64,000 nt of DNA, from the NCBI RefSeq assembly GCF_004010195.1, contig NC_057728.1:42078844-42142843 (forward strand), given 5' to 3'. Positions 26,062-38,110 of this stretch are shown here, in pieces. Within the stretch, counting starts at the first letter, position 1, and each line of letters opens with the position of its first letter. The notes below the pieces were generated by a model. The model searched no databases. It was not told the origin of the DNA and worked only from the letters and a program-made list of their open reading frames with translations. Source of the stretch: Chiloscyllium plagiosum (taxonomy: Eukaryota). Position numbers and translations under genes: made by a program.

Positions 26062-27545
26062 ATCTCCAACTTTATCACTAAACCATTGGTGACCAGCCTT
26101 CAGTTGCCTCGGCCTTATACTCTGGAAATTCTCTAACTCACTCCCTCACATCCTCATTTAAGACACTCCTTAAACTCCACCTCTTTGACCAAACATTTTA
26201 ACGTCCATCCAAAAGCCCCTTATGTGAATTGGTGTTACATTGTTTTGGATAAATTCTTTGAAGCAGCTGACATGTCTTTATGCTTAAAAAGGTTATGTTA
26301 TCCTCAAGGAAGACAATAGCCTAAAGGTATTGTCGCTAGCATATTAATTCAGAGACCCAGGTTCCAATACTGCCATGACACATACTGGAATTTGAATTGA
26401 ATAATTCTGGAATTCACCATCTGATGACCATGTCAATTGTCTTTAAAACCTGCCTGGCTCACTGGTGTCCTTTTGAGAAGGAGACTGTCAGCCACTTAAA
26501 ACATTTCCACAAACAAATGTTCACCACTTCCACACCAAATATGGATACTAGTCTTGAAAAAGGGAAACACTTACTTCTATTCAGCCACTAACAGACTGGA
26601 CTTCAAGGCACTTTACAACCAATTACTTTTAATACATTGTTGTAATAATGTCAGAAATGCAGAAGCCAATTTGCACAAAACAAATCATGCAAGAAGATAA
26701 TGATCAGTTTTTTAAAAAAAAGTATTACAGGGATAAATACTAGTGTTGTTCTCCTTCAAATAACCCAGAGGTCAGATAATGTCTCAGTTAACAATTCATC
26801 AGAAGGATTTTACAGATCTTTACGGAAAGCAGTAATCCTGAATAACATGTGTGAACAGCCACATGGCAACTTGGAATTTACTATGCAGGCTTTGCTCTAG
26901 ATTAAATACCACATGTATATCGTAACAGAAAAAATTTAAAAGTTTACCACAGTTCAAAAACTGGCCACATGCAAAGCTTTACAGCAACGTTGTCAGTGAG
27001 CCAGTTTTAGGATAACTCAATTCATTCGCAGGGCGAGGGCGTTGCTCCCTAATTGCCCAAAGGATGGTTAAGAGTCAACCACATTGCCGTACAGTCACAC
27101 ATGGGCCAGACCAAGTAATGCTGACTGTCTCCTTCCCAAAAGGACACCCGTGAACCAGGCAGGTTTTAAAGACAATTAACAGTGGAATTTTAATTGAATG
27201 AAACCATTATGTGTCATGGCAGGATTGGAACCTGGATCCTCACATTATCTGGGTCTCTGAATTAATAGACTAGCGATAATACCTTTAGGCTATTGTCTTC
27301 CTTGAGGATAACATAACCTCTGAGCATAAAGACATGTCAGCTGCTTCAAAGAATTTATCCAAAACAATGTAATACCAATTCACATAAGGGGCTTTTGGAT
27401 GGACGTTAAAATGTTTGGTCAAAGAGGTGGAGTTTAAGGAGTGTCTTAAACGAGGATGTGAGGGAGTGAGTTAGAGAATTTCCAGAATATAAGGCAAAGG
27501 CAACTGAAGGCTGGTCACCAATGACTTAATGATAAAGTTAGAGAT
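26062..27545. repeat. Inverted duplication, arms 26062-26360 and 27249-27545
   Basis: Arms of about 300 bp are reverse complements with scattered mismatches. Each spans an L2-like tail, a junction and a SINE head. Confidence 0.9.
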
Positions 27546-30310
27546 GGTCAAGAGGCCAGTATTAGAGCAGAGTTAACAGAGCTGATAAGAAAGTATGGAA
27601 AAGCAAGACATTAAAGGATTTGAAAACAATGACTCGCCTTTAAACTGAAGCAATGCTTAACTGGACGTCAACATAGGTCAGCAAAACCTGCGAGAATGAG
27701 AGTTGCTATATATAATTACCTGGGCAGAGTCTGCAGTAATCTCAGGCTCAGCAGAAAAAAAATGGAAAGTTGGCCAGGTGTCCAGTGGAGTAGACAATTC
27801 TACACAAACACATTGTCTGAGGTTGCAGCAGACAATCTGATGCAGAATCATTGCAGCATGATGTTACAGATGAGATGGAAGTAGGTAGTCTTAGTGGTGA
27901 TGATGTGGCTACACACACAGCGCATCCTCAAAGTTAAATATGAATAGCATAGTTAAACTTTGGGCAGTGAAATAGATGAAGTTGATGGATTGCAAGAGAA
28001 CTTATGCAGAGACTGAAAATAACAGCTTTTCTTTACCCTTTATTTAGTGGGAGGAAGGAGAGAGAGAGAGTATAACACTTCTGTTCATTCAAAAAGGATG
28101 TTTGGACATCTTTTTAAAACTTCAATTTCCCCATAGCATTGTTTTTGACAACGTGCATTCATATTTTACCTTTAATTTAAAATAGCCAAGATGGTCCACA
28201 GAATACAGGCAAAATTTGATACTGATTCAAAAGGATGAGTTATGATTTCAAATTAAAGATGCAGATTTGGAGGATTTCAAAGGAGCTGAGCCAAGTGAAG
28301 TCAGGACAGCTAAAATACTATATTGTCATAATGGGTTGAAAGGAGGTAGGGATAGACAAGAGCCAAAGTTTGGAGACTTGGAGGCTAATGTTGGGAGAAA
28401 CAACACCACACCCAGGTCAGAACAGAATTAAAATACATATTTTAGGGGACTGGGGTGATAGGTTACCAAGTCTAGAAGTGAGGTAAGATAATGGCGAAGT
28501 GTGAACAGAAGTTCATAGAAGGTAGAATGAAATACCAGCCAAAAAAGCCTCGGAACACAACAGTCTGGCAGCATAAAAAAATCACGAAGGTTTTAACAAC
28601 ATTTGGTCTGAGGCAAAGTGGACACAGATGATGAAGACTTAGATATAGGCAAGCCTTGCAATTCTAAGGATTTAGTTAGGGAGCTGTCAGAGAGTCTAAA
28701 AGAACACCCAAATTTTCAGACAGTTTGGTTTAACCAGAGATAGCAACTGAGGGTGAAATTGGTTGCAAAACAGATCTGACAACTCTGAGGCAATGGAAAC
28801 ACCACCAGATGACGAAGTAGAGTTGGGTGTTGTCAGAGTTACACAGCAAGAACCCTGAATTAATAAGCCAGCAGCTGCCATCAAGTCATAGATAAGCCTC
28901 TGATCCTCACATCATATATGGGTAAGTGACATGGAAATTTCAAATGATGAGAACAGTAGTTAGAGGTCCATTATAAACTTTGTCCCCCTGCCTTAATTCC
29001 TCTCATTGTCAACTGTCTGAAAATGTAATTAGATTTTGGTATTCTGGTCAACTCTAAGATGATCTTCCAACGACACTGTCAAACCACCCATCCCATAACA
29101 CTGCTTGATTTGAGCCTGTTTCCTCATGGCTTGATTATTCCAACGAGTCCCAACTCTCACCAACTTCTGTTAACCTATGTTCCCCGTGCACCCACTGATC
29201 TACACTGCTTTGCTTCCAAATCCCTCCACACTCTCACCTTTCCCTAAACTTCTCCAGATATATAGCTCAACATGTTCTACCTCAGCAATCCCAGTTTCAC
29301 TCTCCTGATGCTTTCAGCTACCAAGACTATGCTCTGGAACATCCTCCTTAAATTTCTGCATCTACTGCTACATCTTCATGGTCTTTTTTAAACAAAGTTT
29401 ATGGTGTGGAGAGAATGAAAATGTAATGCTGCTTTTAGCCTCCCTAATTTAATTTTACACAAATGTTTCTGCTTCATTCTCCCATTATTCTAGTCTCAAG
29501 AGATTAAATCATTGCTAAACAAGTGTAAACTGAATCAATAAGTATTAGTGACCAATCAAGATTTAGTGCCAAAGTTTATTACAACTGTTAGTTCTATTTC
29601 TTTATGAACTTAAAATTGGTAGATCCTGAAAATAACAGAGCGCTCATGTTGTTCTTCGTCCTTTTAAATACATAAGCACTGATAGTTAATTCATTGATTC
29701 ATGGTCCTTTGCACACCTACCAACATGTATTTCCCAATTCTCAGCTCCATTGGTTAAGCAGTCATAGGGTTCACAGCACAGAAAAAGGCTCTTCAGCCCA
29801 TCATGTCTATGCTGGTCAAAAACAAGCACAAAACTATTCTAACCCAATTTTCCCAGTACTTAGTCCAAAACTGTGCATGTCTTGGCATTGCAAAGTGCGC
29901 ATCTTAATACTTCTAAAATATAAGGAGGGTTTCTGCTTCTAACATACTTATAGGCAGTGAGTTCCCACCACCCTAAATGGAAAAAAATTCACATTCCCTT
30001 GAAATCTCTTGCTCTTTACTTCAAGTTTGAGTTCCCCATTCATCGATCTCTCCCAAGATTAAAGTTCCTTCCTGTCTGCCCAGAATAAGCCCCTCAATGT
30101 TATGCATCTTAATCATGCCCACCCTCAATCTCCTCTGCTTAAAGAAAAACCAAAACTCTCCAGACCAGGCAGCATCATAAATTTCTTCTGCACCCTCTCT
30201 ACTGCCATAACATATCTCCTATAATGTGGATTCTAGAACTGCACACAATAATCTACTTGTGGCCGAAGCAACGTTTTTTACAACTCAAGTGTTATCTCCC
30301 TTGCTCTTAA

Positions 30311-31468
30311 AGGTTTCGCTCCTCTCTAGGTATTTCCACATTCTGAATAAGAAAATTTTGTACACACTATGTGCATTTAATACATTCCTATCCATCCAAT
30401 TCTCTAACACTATGGCAGTCCCAGTCTGTTTTAAATCCCCTACCCTAGCCACCCTATTATTCTCACAGATAACTGAGATCTCCTTTATAAATTTGTTCTC
30501 TCTTTCCTACTGATAACTGGGGTGGTCTATAGTACAATTCCAATAAGGTAGTCCCCTTGTTATTTTTCAGTTCCACCCAAATAACGTCATGGGACATGCT
30601 CCCTGGGATATCTTCCCTAAGTTCAGCTGTAATGTGATCTCTAATCAAAATGTCATTCCCTCTCTATTATCGCATTTGCTATCCTTCCTATAGCATCTAA
30701 ACCCTGCAGCATTAAGCTACCAGTTTTTATAATGGCTATAATATCCCAGTCCCATGTTCTCAACCATGCCCTGAATTCATCAGCCTTGCCTCTCTGGCCT
30801 CTTGCATTGAAATAAATGCAATTTAATTTATCAGTCCTACCTTGTTCTCTGCTTTGCTCCTGCCTGCCTTGAATATTAGACTTCTTTCCCCAACTGCACC
30901 AGCCTCCAACTGATCCCTTTTCTCACTATACCTTTAAGGTAGGACTGATAAATTAAATTGCATTTATTTTAATGCAAGAGGCCAGAGAGGCAAGGCTGAT
31001 GAATTCAGGGCATGGTTGAGAACATGGGACTGGGATATTATAGCCATTATAAAAACTGGTAGCTTAATGCTGCAGGGTTTAGATGCTATAGGAAGGATAG
31101 CAAATGCGATAATAGAGAGGGAATGACATTTTGATTAGAGATCACATTACAGCTGAACTTAGGGAAGATATCCCAGGGAGCATGTCCCATGACGTTATTT
31201 GGGTGGAACTGAAAAATAACAAGGGGACTACCTTATTGGAATTGTACTATAGACCACCCCAGTTATCAGTAGGAAAGAGAGAACAAATTTATAAAGGAGA
31301 TCTCAGTTATCTGTGAGAATAATAGGGTGGCTAGGGTAGGGGATTTAAAACAGACTGGGACTGCCATAGTGTTAGAGAATTGGATGGATAGGAATGTATT
31401 AAATGCACATAGTGTGTACAAAATTTTCTTATTCAGAATGTGGAAATACCTAGAGAGGAGCGAAACCT
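30311..31468. repeat. Near-perfect foldback, arms 30311-30843 and 30936-31468 (533 bp each), 92-bp spacer
   Basis: Identical peptides appear on opposite strands in the ORF track (30463-30648 minus = 31131-31316 plus). One mismatch noticed by eye. Confidence 0.95.
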
Positions 31469-31890
31469 GACCTCCTCTTGGGAAAGCAATTGCTATGTCA
31501 GTGGGGGAGCACTTGGAGGCAAGCATTCATAATTCTACCAGTTTTAAAACAGTTGCGGAAAAGGTTAAACCTGATCTAAAAGTTGAAGTTCTAAATTGGA
31601 GGAAAGCCAATTTTAATGGTATTAAACAACAACTTTCAAAAGTTGATTGGGAGCAAATATTCGCAGGTGAACAGATGGTTGGAAAGTGGAAAGCCTTGAA
31701 AATGGAGCTAATGAGAGTCCAGGGACAGCATATTCCTGTTAGGATGAAGGACAAGGCCAGTAGATGTACGGAATGCTGGATGATGAGAGAAATTGAGGTT
31801 CTGGTCAAGAAAAACAAGGAAGCATGCGTCAGGTATAGACGGCAGGGATCAAGTGAATTCCTCGATGAGTTTAAGGGCAGTAGGAGTATG

Positions 31891-32045
31891 CAGAGGGACT
31901 TTGGTTATCGAATGACACAGACAGGAAGTATTTTGTTGGATAATCAAATGCCAGATAACAGTTTAGCCAAGCATCAGGACCTTGCAATCTTGCCCGATAA
32001 TCCAAAATTCAGATAATCAAATGTCAGATAATTGAGGCTCCACTG
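31891..32045. mobile_element. Tigger-like MITE inserted in CR1
   Basis: CAGAGGGACTTTGGTTATC ... GATAATTGAGGCTCCACTG-TA; TIRs similar to 54230-54842. Confidence 0.7.
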
Positions 32046-32858
32046 TACTTAAAAGGGAAATCAGGAGGGCAAAAGGGGGACATGAAATAGTTTGGGCAAA
32101 TAGGGTTAAGGAGAATCCAAAGGGTTTCTACAAATACATGAAGGACAAAAGAGTAACTAGGAAGGGAATAGATCCCCTTAAAGATCAGCAAGCTGCCTAT
32201 GTGTGAAATCGCAGGAGATGGGGAGATACTGAATGAGCACTGTGGAGAAGGATATGGAAGCTAACTAGTTTGGGGAACTAAATAGTGACATCTTGAAAAG
32301 TATCCACGTTAGAGGTCGTCGTGCTGGACGTCTTAAAAATCATGAAGGTGGATAAATCCCTAGGATCTGATCAGGTGAACCCTAGAACTCTGTGGCAAAC
32401 TAGGGAAGTGACTGCTGGGGTCCTTCCTGACATATTTGTATCATCAATAGCCATGGGTGAGGTGCTGAAGGCTAACTTGGTGCCACTATTTAAGAAAGTG
32501 GTAAGGAAATGCCATTGAACTACAGACCGGTGAGCCTGACATCAATGGTGGGCAAGTTGTTAGAGGGAATTCTGAGGGACAGGATTTACATGTATTTGGA
32601 AAGTTAAGAACGGATTAGGGTTAGTCAACATGGCTTTCTGCATGGAAAATTATGTCTCAAGAACTTGATTGAGTTTTTTTGAAGAAGCGACAAAAGGACT
32701 GAAGAAAGCAGAGCAGTGGACATTGACTATTTGGACTTCGGTAAGGCATTCGACAAGGTTCCATATGATAGACTGGTTAATAAGATTAGTGCACATGGAA
32801 CACAGAACCACCCATTTGGATACAAAATTGGCTAGAAGTTAGGAGACAGGTGGTGATG

Positions 32859-33358
32859 NNNNNNNNNNNNNNNNNNNNNNNNNNNNNNNNNNNNNNNNNN
32901 NNNNNNNNNNNNNNNNNNNNNNNNNNNNNNNNNNNNNNNNNNNNNNNNNNNNNNNNNNNNNNNNNNNNNNNNNNNNNNNNNNNNNNNNNNNNNNNNNNNN
33001 NNNNNNNNNNNNNNNNNNNNNNNNNNNNNNNNNNNNNNNNNNNNNNNNNNNNNNNNNNNNNNNNNNNNNNNNNNNNNNNNNNNNNNNNNNNNNNNNNNNN
33101 NNNNNNNNNNNNNNNNNNNNNNNNNNNNNNNNNNNNNNNNNNNNNNNNNNNNNNNNNNNNNNNNNNNNNNNNNNNNNNNNNNNNNNNNNNNNNNNNNNNN
33201 NNNNNNNNNNNNNNNNNNNNNNNNNNNNNNNNNNNNNNNNNNNNNNNNNNNNNNNNNNNNNNNNNNNNNNNNNNNNNNNNNNNNNNNNNNNNNNNNNNNN
33301 NNNNNNNNNNNNNNNNNNNNNNNNNNNNNNNNNNNNNNNNNNNNNNNNNNNNNNNNNN
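32859..33358. other. Assembly gap (500 N)
   Basis: Run of exactly 500 N. Confidence 0.99.
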
Positions 33359-33479
33359 GGAACAGGAGAATCGACGTTTCGGGCATAAGCTGAAGAAGAG
33401 CTTATGCCCGAAACGTCTATTCTCCTGTTCCTTGGATGCTGCCTGACCTGCTGCGCTTTTCCAGCAACACATTTTCAGC
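33359..33479. mobile_element. Penelope-like palindromic element, family A (left part lost in the gap)
   Basis: CTGAAGAAGAGCTTATGCCCGAAACGTC core and family-A arm sequence. Confidence 0.8.
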
Positions 33480-35423
33480 CTTGATCAGATGGGCCAGGTA
33501 GTAGCAGATGGAGTTTAATCTGGATAAATGTGAGGTGCTATATTTTGTAAGGGCAAATTAGAGCAGGACTTATACACTTAATGGTAAGGTCCTGGGGAGT
33601 GCTGCCGACTAAAGACACCTTGCAGCGCAAGTTCACAGTTCCTTGAAAGTGGAGTCGCAGGTAGACATTAGTTAAGGCGGGGTTTGGTACCCTTGCTTTT
33701 ATTGGTTTATGCATTGTGCTTGGGGGTTGGGAGGTCATGCTGCAGCTATACAGGACATTGGTTAGGCCAATTTTCGAATACTGCGTTCAATTCTGATCTC
33801 CCTCCTATAGAAAACACATTAAAAGTTGAACAATGGGTTTAGAAAAGATTTAAGGATGTTGCCAGGATTGACGTGTTTGAGCTATAGGGAGAGGCTGAGA
33901 GGCTATAGGGAGAGGCTGGGGCTATTTTCTCTGGAATACCAGAAGTGGAGATGTGACCTTATAAAAGGTTTATAAGTTCTTGAGGGCTATCAATAGGGTG
34001 AATCAGCAAAGTCTTTCCCCAGGTTAGGGGAGTCCAAAGCTAGAGGGCGTAGGTTTACGGTGAGAGATGTAAGATTTAAAAGGGACCTAAGGGGCAACAT
34101 TTACATAGAGGGTGGTGTGTGCATGGAATGAGCTGCCAGAGAAAGGGGTGGAGGTTGGTACAATTACAAAATTTAAAATACATTTAAATTGCTTTACGAA
34201 TTATGAATTTTGAGGGATATGGGCCAAATGCTGGCAAATGGGACATTAATTTAGGATATCGGGTTGGCATGGACAAGTTGGATCAAAGGGTCTGCTTCCA
34301 TGCTGTACATCTCTATCGCTCATATGAGAAATGCAAGAATCTCATATGTCTTCTTAACCACTTTAATCAACCTGTTCTGCTACCTTAAGGTACCAGTCAA
34401 CATGCATACCTAGGTCCCTCTGATTTTAGGTGCTTCCCAGGGTCCTACTATTGCCTTGTCTGCCCAGCTACATCACCTTACACTTGCCCAGATTGAATTC
34501 CATTTGCTATAGAGCAGACCCCAGCAATTTTCACATCATCCGTGAACTTACTGATTAATAAGATTTACACATACCAAACAGCAACTGACTGCTATGGAAC
34601 CCCATAACTCTCAGACCTCCAGTCACTAAAACACCCTTGGTTTTTTGCCACGCAACCAATTTTTGATTCAATAAGCTAAAGTTCATTGGATCCCATTCTT
34701 ACCTTGGCTATTAGTCTCCCAGATGGTACCTTATCAAAAACCCTGCGAAGTTCAAGTAGACTATATCAGATGCTCTCATCTATACACATCATCTCAATGA
34801 AAAATCTCAAAGTTATATTGGTTGTCTCGATCACTTAGATCCAAGTTGGTCCTTTCACCTCTCTGATTTTATCAGCATGCATTCCCAGTAACTTTGAGCT
34901 GGAGGGTGCAAAGGCAAATCTAACTAATGACAGCAGCTATTGGAAGCCCTCCTAAAACAAATTCTGAGCCCTACATTTTGCAATGATGATGCCATGGAAT
35001 ATGGATGAGAAATTGGTGGGAGCCCTAAAAGCATCTAAAATGCATTCAAAAAAGATGGAGACCAAGACTTTAATGACATTATTTTACACATTGTTATCGG
35101 AGCCTACAACTACATAGCTGACCAAACAAATTGAATATAAAACGTTCTCATGATAAATTACAATAGTTATAATAATCCACTGGAAGGGTTTAAGCAAGCC
35201 AAGCACATTTGACCCAAATGTTTTAATACACCCTCAAAAATGTGAATTTTGTTTCTGAAGCATACGTAACAAGATGTAGTAACAGATTTAAATGTATGGA
35301 GTGATATTCCTCAAGAAAAAAAGCTTCCTCTGCCTAAGTTGTAACACCAACAAAATGGCATTAGTATTATTGAAAGGGGATCATAGTGCCAAAAAACCCT
35401 CATGACAGTTCAAATCAAAAGAT

Positions 35424-35778
35424 AATCATGAGGGGTACAGATAGGATAAATAGTAAAAGTCTCTTCCTGGGGTGGGCGAGTCCAGAAATAGAGGGCATAG
35501 GTTTAGGGTGAGAGGGGAAAGATATGAAAGAGACCTAACGGCAACTTTTTCACACACAGGGTGGTACGTGTATGGAATGAACTGCCAGAGGAAAAGGTGG
35601 AGGCAAGTACAATTGCAACATTTAAAAAGCAACTGGATGGGTATATGAATAGGAAGGGTTTGGAGGGATATGGGCCGGGTGCTGGCAGGTGGGACTAGAT
35701 TGGGATGGAATATTTGGGTCGGCATGGATGAGTTGGACCAAAGGGTCCATTTCCGTGCTGTAATCTCTATGATTCTAT
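35424..35778 (+). mobile_element. CR1 (HER1-like) 3' end
   Basis: Matches the CR1 3' terminus seen at about 13080-13426. Confidence 0.88.
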
Positions 35779-36363
35779 AATACCCTACACTTGTGCTGAA
35801 AACAAGATAATATGTGCACATGTATACCCATCAGTGACACGATCCAACCAAGATTTAACTATTTACTGATATTAAGTGCAAACACTATTTACAACTAAAT
35901 TAAAACCTTGCTTTTGAAAGGTATGGTGGAAATTATACCAAAGAATGCAAAAATACAGTAAATGGTAAAAGTGGATTCAGATCACACCAAATTTCAAGAA
36001 GGGAAAACTGTATTGTAGTAGATCAGTCCTGCTACAACATAGCTTTGCAATTGTAATCATTTTGTACAAAATAAACAAGTGAATTGGTCTGTCATATTTC
36101 ACCTGATAAAACATTTAAATGACATTTAAATTAAGTACCCCTAGCTACAGAATCAAATATGGTTGGCCCTTAAAACTACTGTAATTTGTAACCATGACTA
36201 TAATAGAACTATGCCTAGAACTAGCTTACCACAACCAGGTGAAAGACATACCATTTTTGCTATACATATTCAATAAACATACAAAACGTTTCTGAACAGA
36301 TTAATGTCTGGCAATTTGCAGTTATCACACCGCAAACTCTGATGCTTCTATTGCAACACTTAC

Positions 36364-37609
36364 CGTTAAGAACTCCTCCTGTTCCTCCAGAACCCCTCAT
36401 CCTTATATAGGTAAGTCCCAATATGACGAAAAACAGACATGCAGCAGTTAAAAGAAACATGGATAAGTAGTGTGCACTGAACCCACCGGTCGCCGAACCC
36501 CCCTCCCTTTTAAATTGCTGCAATAGTTCCTCCTCAGGCTCTCTGGGGCTTTTACGATATGCACTGTAAATGTGGTTACTGCCCGTATGGTTTGAGTGAT
36601 TAGCATTGATCAGAAGGGAGGACGAAGGGCCACTTGGACTGGTGATAAAATTACTTGTGGCGCTAACGTGATTATTGTTTCTGGTGCTGCTCTTATAAAG
36701 ACTCTCCTTCTCAGAAGCCAGCAGTCCTGGGCCAATCTTTTTGGAAGAGGAATTACGGAACCGCAATAACATGGTGGGCTCCGCTGTGGCGTCTTTCTCC
36801 CTCTGATCCTCTTCCTCCTCCTCCAGTTGGTCTCTCCTTGCGTCTAGACAGTAAGGACCGCCGGCGACGTCGTGGATCCGTTTGGCGCCGCCCTCCTCCA
36901 CCATCGCTCTCGGGTTATGATTGTTAACGGTGGCCAGTAATTTCTTGGAGAGACTCCGCCTGGAGTTGGGTCTCCGGCTCGACTCTTCTTCTCGCTCATC
37001 CTCGGAGTCAGAGTAATTACCATCCCTAACGTAGGAGACTCGATTGCTGCTGGTGTTGTTGTGGCTCTGCAGATCTGTTCCCAGAGGTCGTTCCTCTTCC
37101 TCCGGCGACTGCTGGACGCCGCCGCTTGTGTTCGGCCTCCACCAAGGGGTGGGGTTCCCTTTCCCGGACGAAAGGCCCCCTCCACTGCCGCTGTTATTGT
37201 TGCTGTTCACCATTCTCGGAGGAGTGTTCCTCCCTTTGCTGTGACTAGGCCGCGGGCGGGGGCAGTCGCCTGGAGCTTTATCCGTCCTGCTCGTCCTCTT
37301 GCCGGCCTCGCTCCTTCTGCCGTTGGGCTCGGCGTCCGATTCGTCCGAGCTGAAACCCAGCAGCTTGCCCGGGGTTACGGGGGCAGACGTGGAGGTGGTG
37401 AACCCGCCGAGGCCCAGGCCCGAACTCGGGCCTGTTCCCCCGCTGCTGCTGCCGCCGTTCCTGGTTTTAGGTCTGGCGCCGCGCTCCTCGCGCAGCTTCT
37501 TGAGCTTCTTCAGGTAGACGGGGCGCGTGCTCTCGGTCACGGGACCCGGGACCAAACCGAACTTTTTCAATTCGGAAAACAATTCCGCGTCCGTTAACTG
37601 CGCCGCCAT
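36364..37609 (-). CDS. LEMD3: LEMD3/MAN1 coding exon 1 (LEM domain, low-complexity nucleoplasmic region, first TM helix)
   Basis: ATG at 37609 (AAGATGGCG). MAAQLTDAELFSELKKFGLVPGPVTESTRPVYLKKLKKLREE is a LEM domain; LLGFSSDESD and FSAHYLSMFLLTAACLFFVILGLTYIRMRG match vertebrate MAN1. Ends at donor AACG|GTAAGT; 1246 bp, phase 1. Confidence 0.97.
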
Positions 37610-37830
37610 CTTACCGCGCGAGGCGTGAGACTGCCGGAACTGACGCGAACATCCCCGCCGTGCAGCACCTAGCACCTCGCCCCTCCCCCTCCATCCCAGG
37701 CCCAACCGCCGGCCCCTCGTGCACTGCTTTAAACTGGCTGAGGAGGAAAAAGGGGCCTTAAAAGGGAAATGTCCTCCACGCTCTGTAAACCCGGAATGCT
37801 CATAACAATCGACAGGTACTGACTGTCCCA
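36780..37830 (-). promoter_or_regulatory. CpG island / LEMD3 promoter region
   Basis: Only CpG-dense stretch in the window. YY1-consensus CGCCGCCATCTT (37601-37612) overlaps the ATG; CCGGAA ETS-like cores near 37634 and 37791; TGACGCGA CRE-like at 37641; C-rich Sp/KLF-like run near 37680. TSS not determined. Confidence 0.7.
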
Positions 37831-37864
37831 TTTGGGGAATGATATAGAGAACTGTGGGTGCTAA

Positions 37865-38110
37865 AGGTCTGAACTGAAAAGAAAAAGTGCTGGAGCAGGT
37901 CTGGCAGCCTCCGTGGAGAGAGAAAACCGAGTTAGCATTTGAGCCATGGCCAGTTCTGAAGAAGGTTCACTGGATGCAGAAACGCTAACTCCGCTTTCTC
38001 TCCTCAGATGATGCCAGAACCATTGAGTTTCTTCGACTTGGGACATGCTCAGGTTTTCAGATTTTTTTTTTGCTGAGCGCCAGTAGCTCCCTCCATCTGT
38101 TGTTCTTTTA
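37865..38110. mobile_element. Old Penelope-like palindromic element just upstream of the LEMD3 promoter
   Basis: AGUU-CUGAAGA-A-GGUUC(ACUG)GAUGC-A-GAAA-CG-CU-AACU at 37952-37990 (degenerate hammerhead), with decayed inverted arms. Confidence 0.6.

Larger units (their letters stand above)
30936..34320 (+). mobile_element. Long degenerate CR1 ORF2 (endonuclease to RT to 3' UTR), interrupted by a MITE, the gap and a Penelope-like element
   Basis: IWVELKNNKG...YYRPP (EN), LNWRKANFNGIKQQL, MKVDKSLGSDQVNPRTL, and a CR1 3' UTR at about 34100-34320. Confidence 0.88.

Noticed and set aside
32786..33472. Long ORFs spanning 32.8-33.4 kb
   Set aside because: Artefacts of translating the N gap.
36260..36363. 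C-terminal KCCNRSIRVCG... tail of the 523-aa ORF
   Set aside because: Read-through past the exon 1 donor into intron 1.
36844..37597. Overlapping and antisense ORFs (178, 113, 72, 66 aa) within LEMD3 exon 1
   Set aside because: Expected shadow ORFs in GC-rich coding DNA; no recognisable domains.
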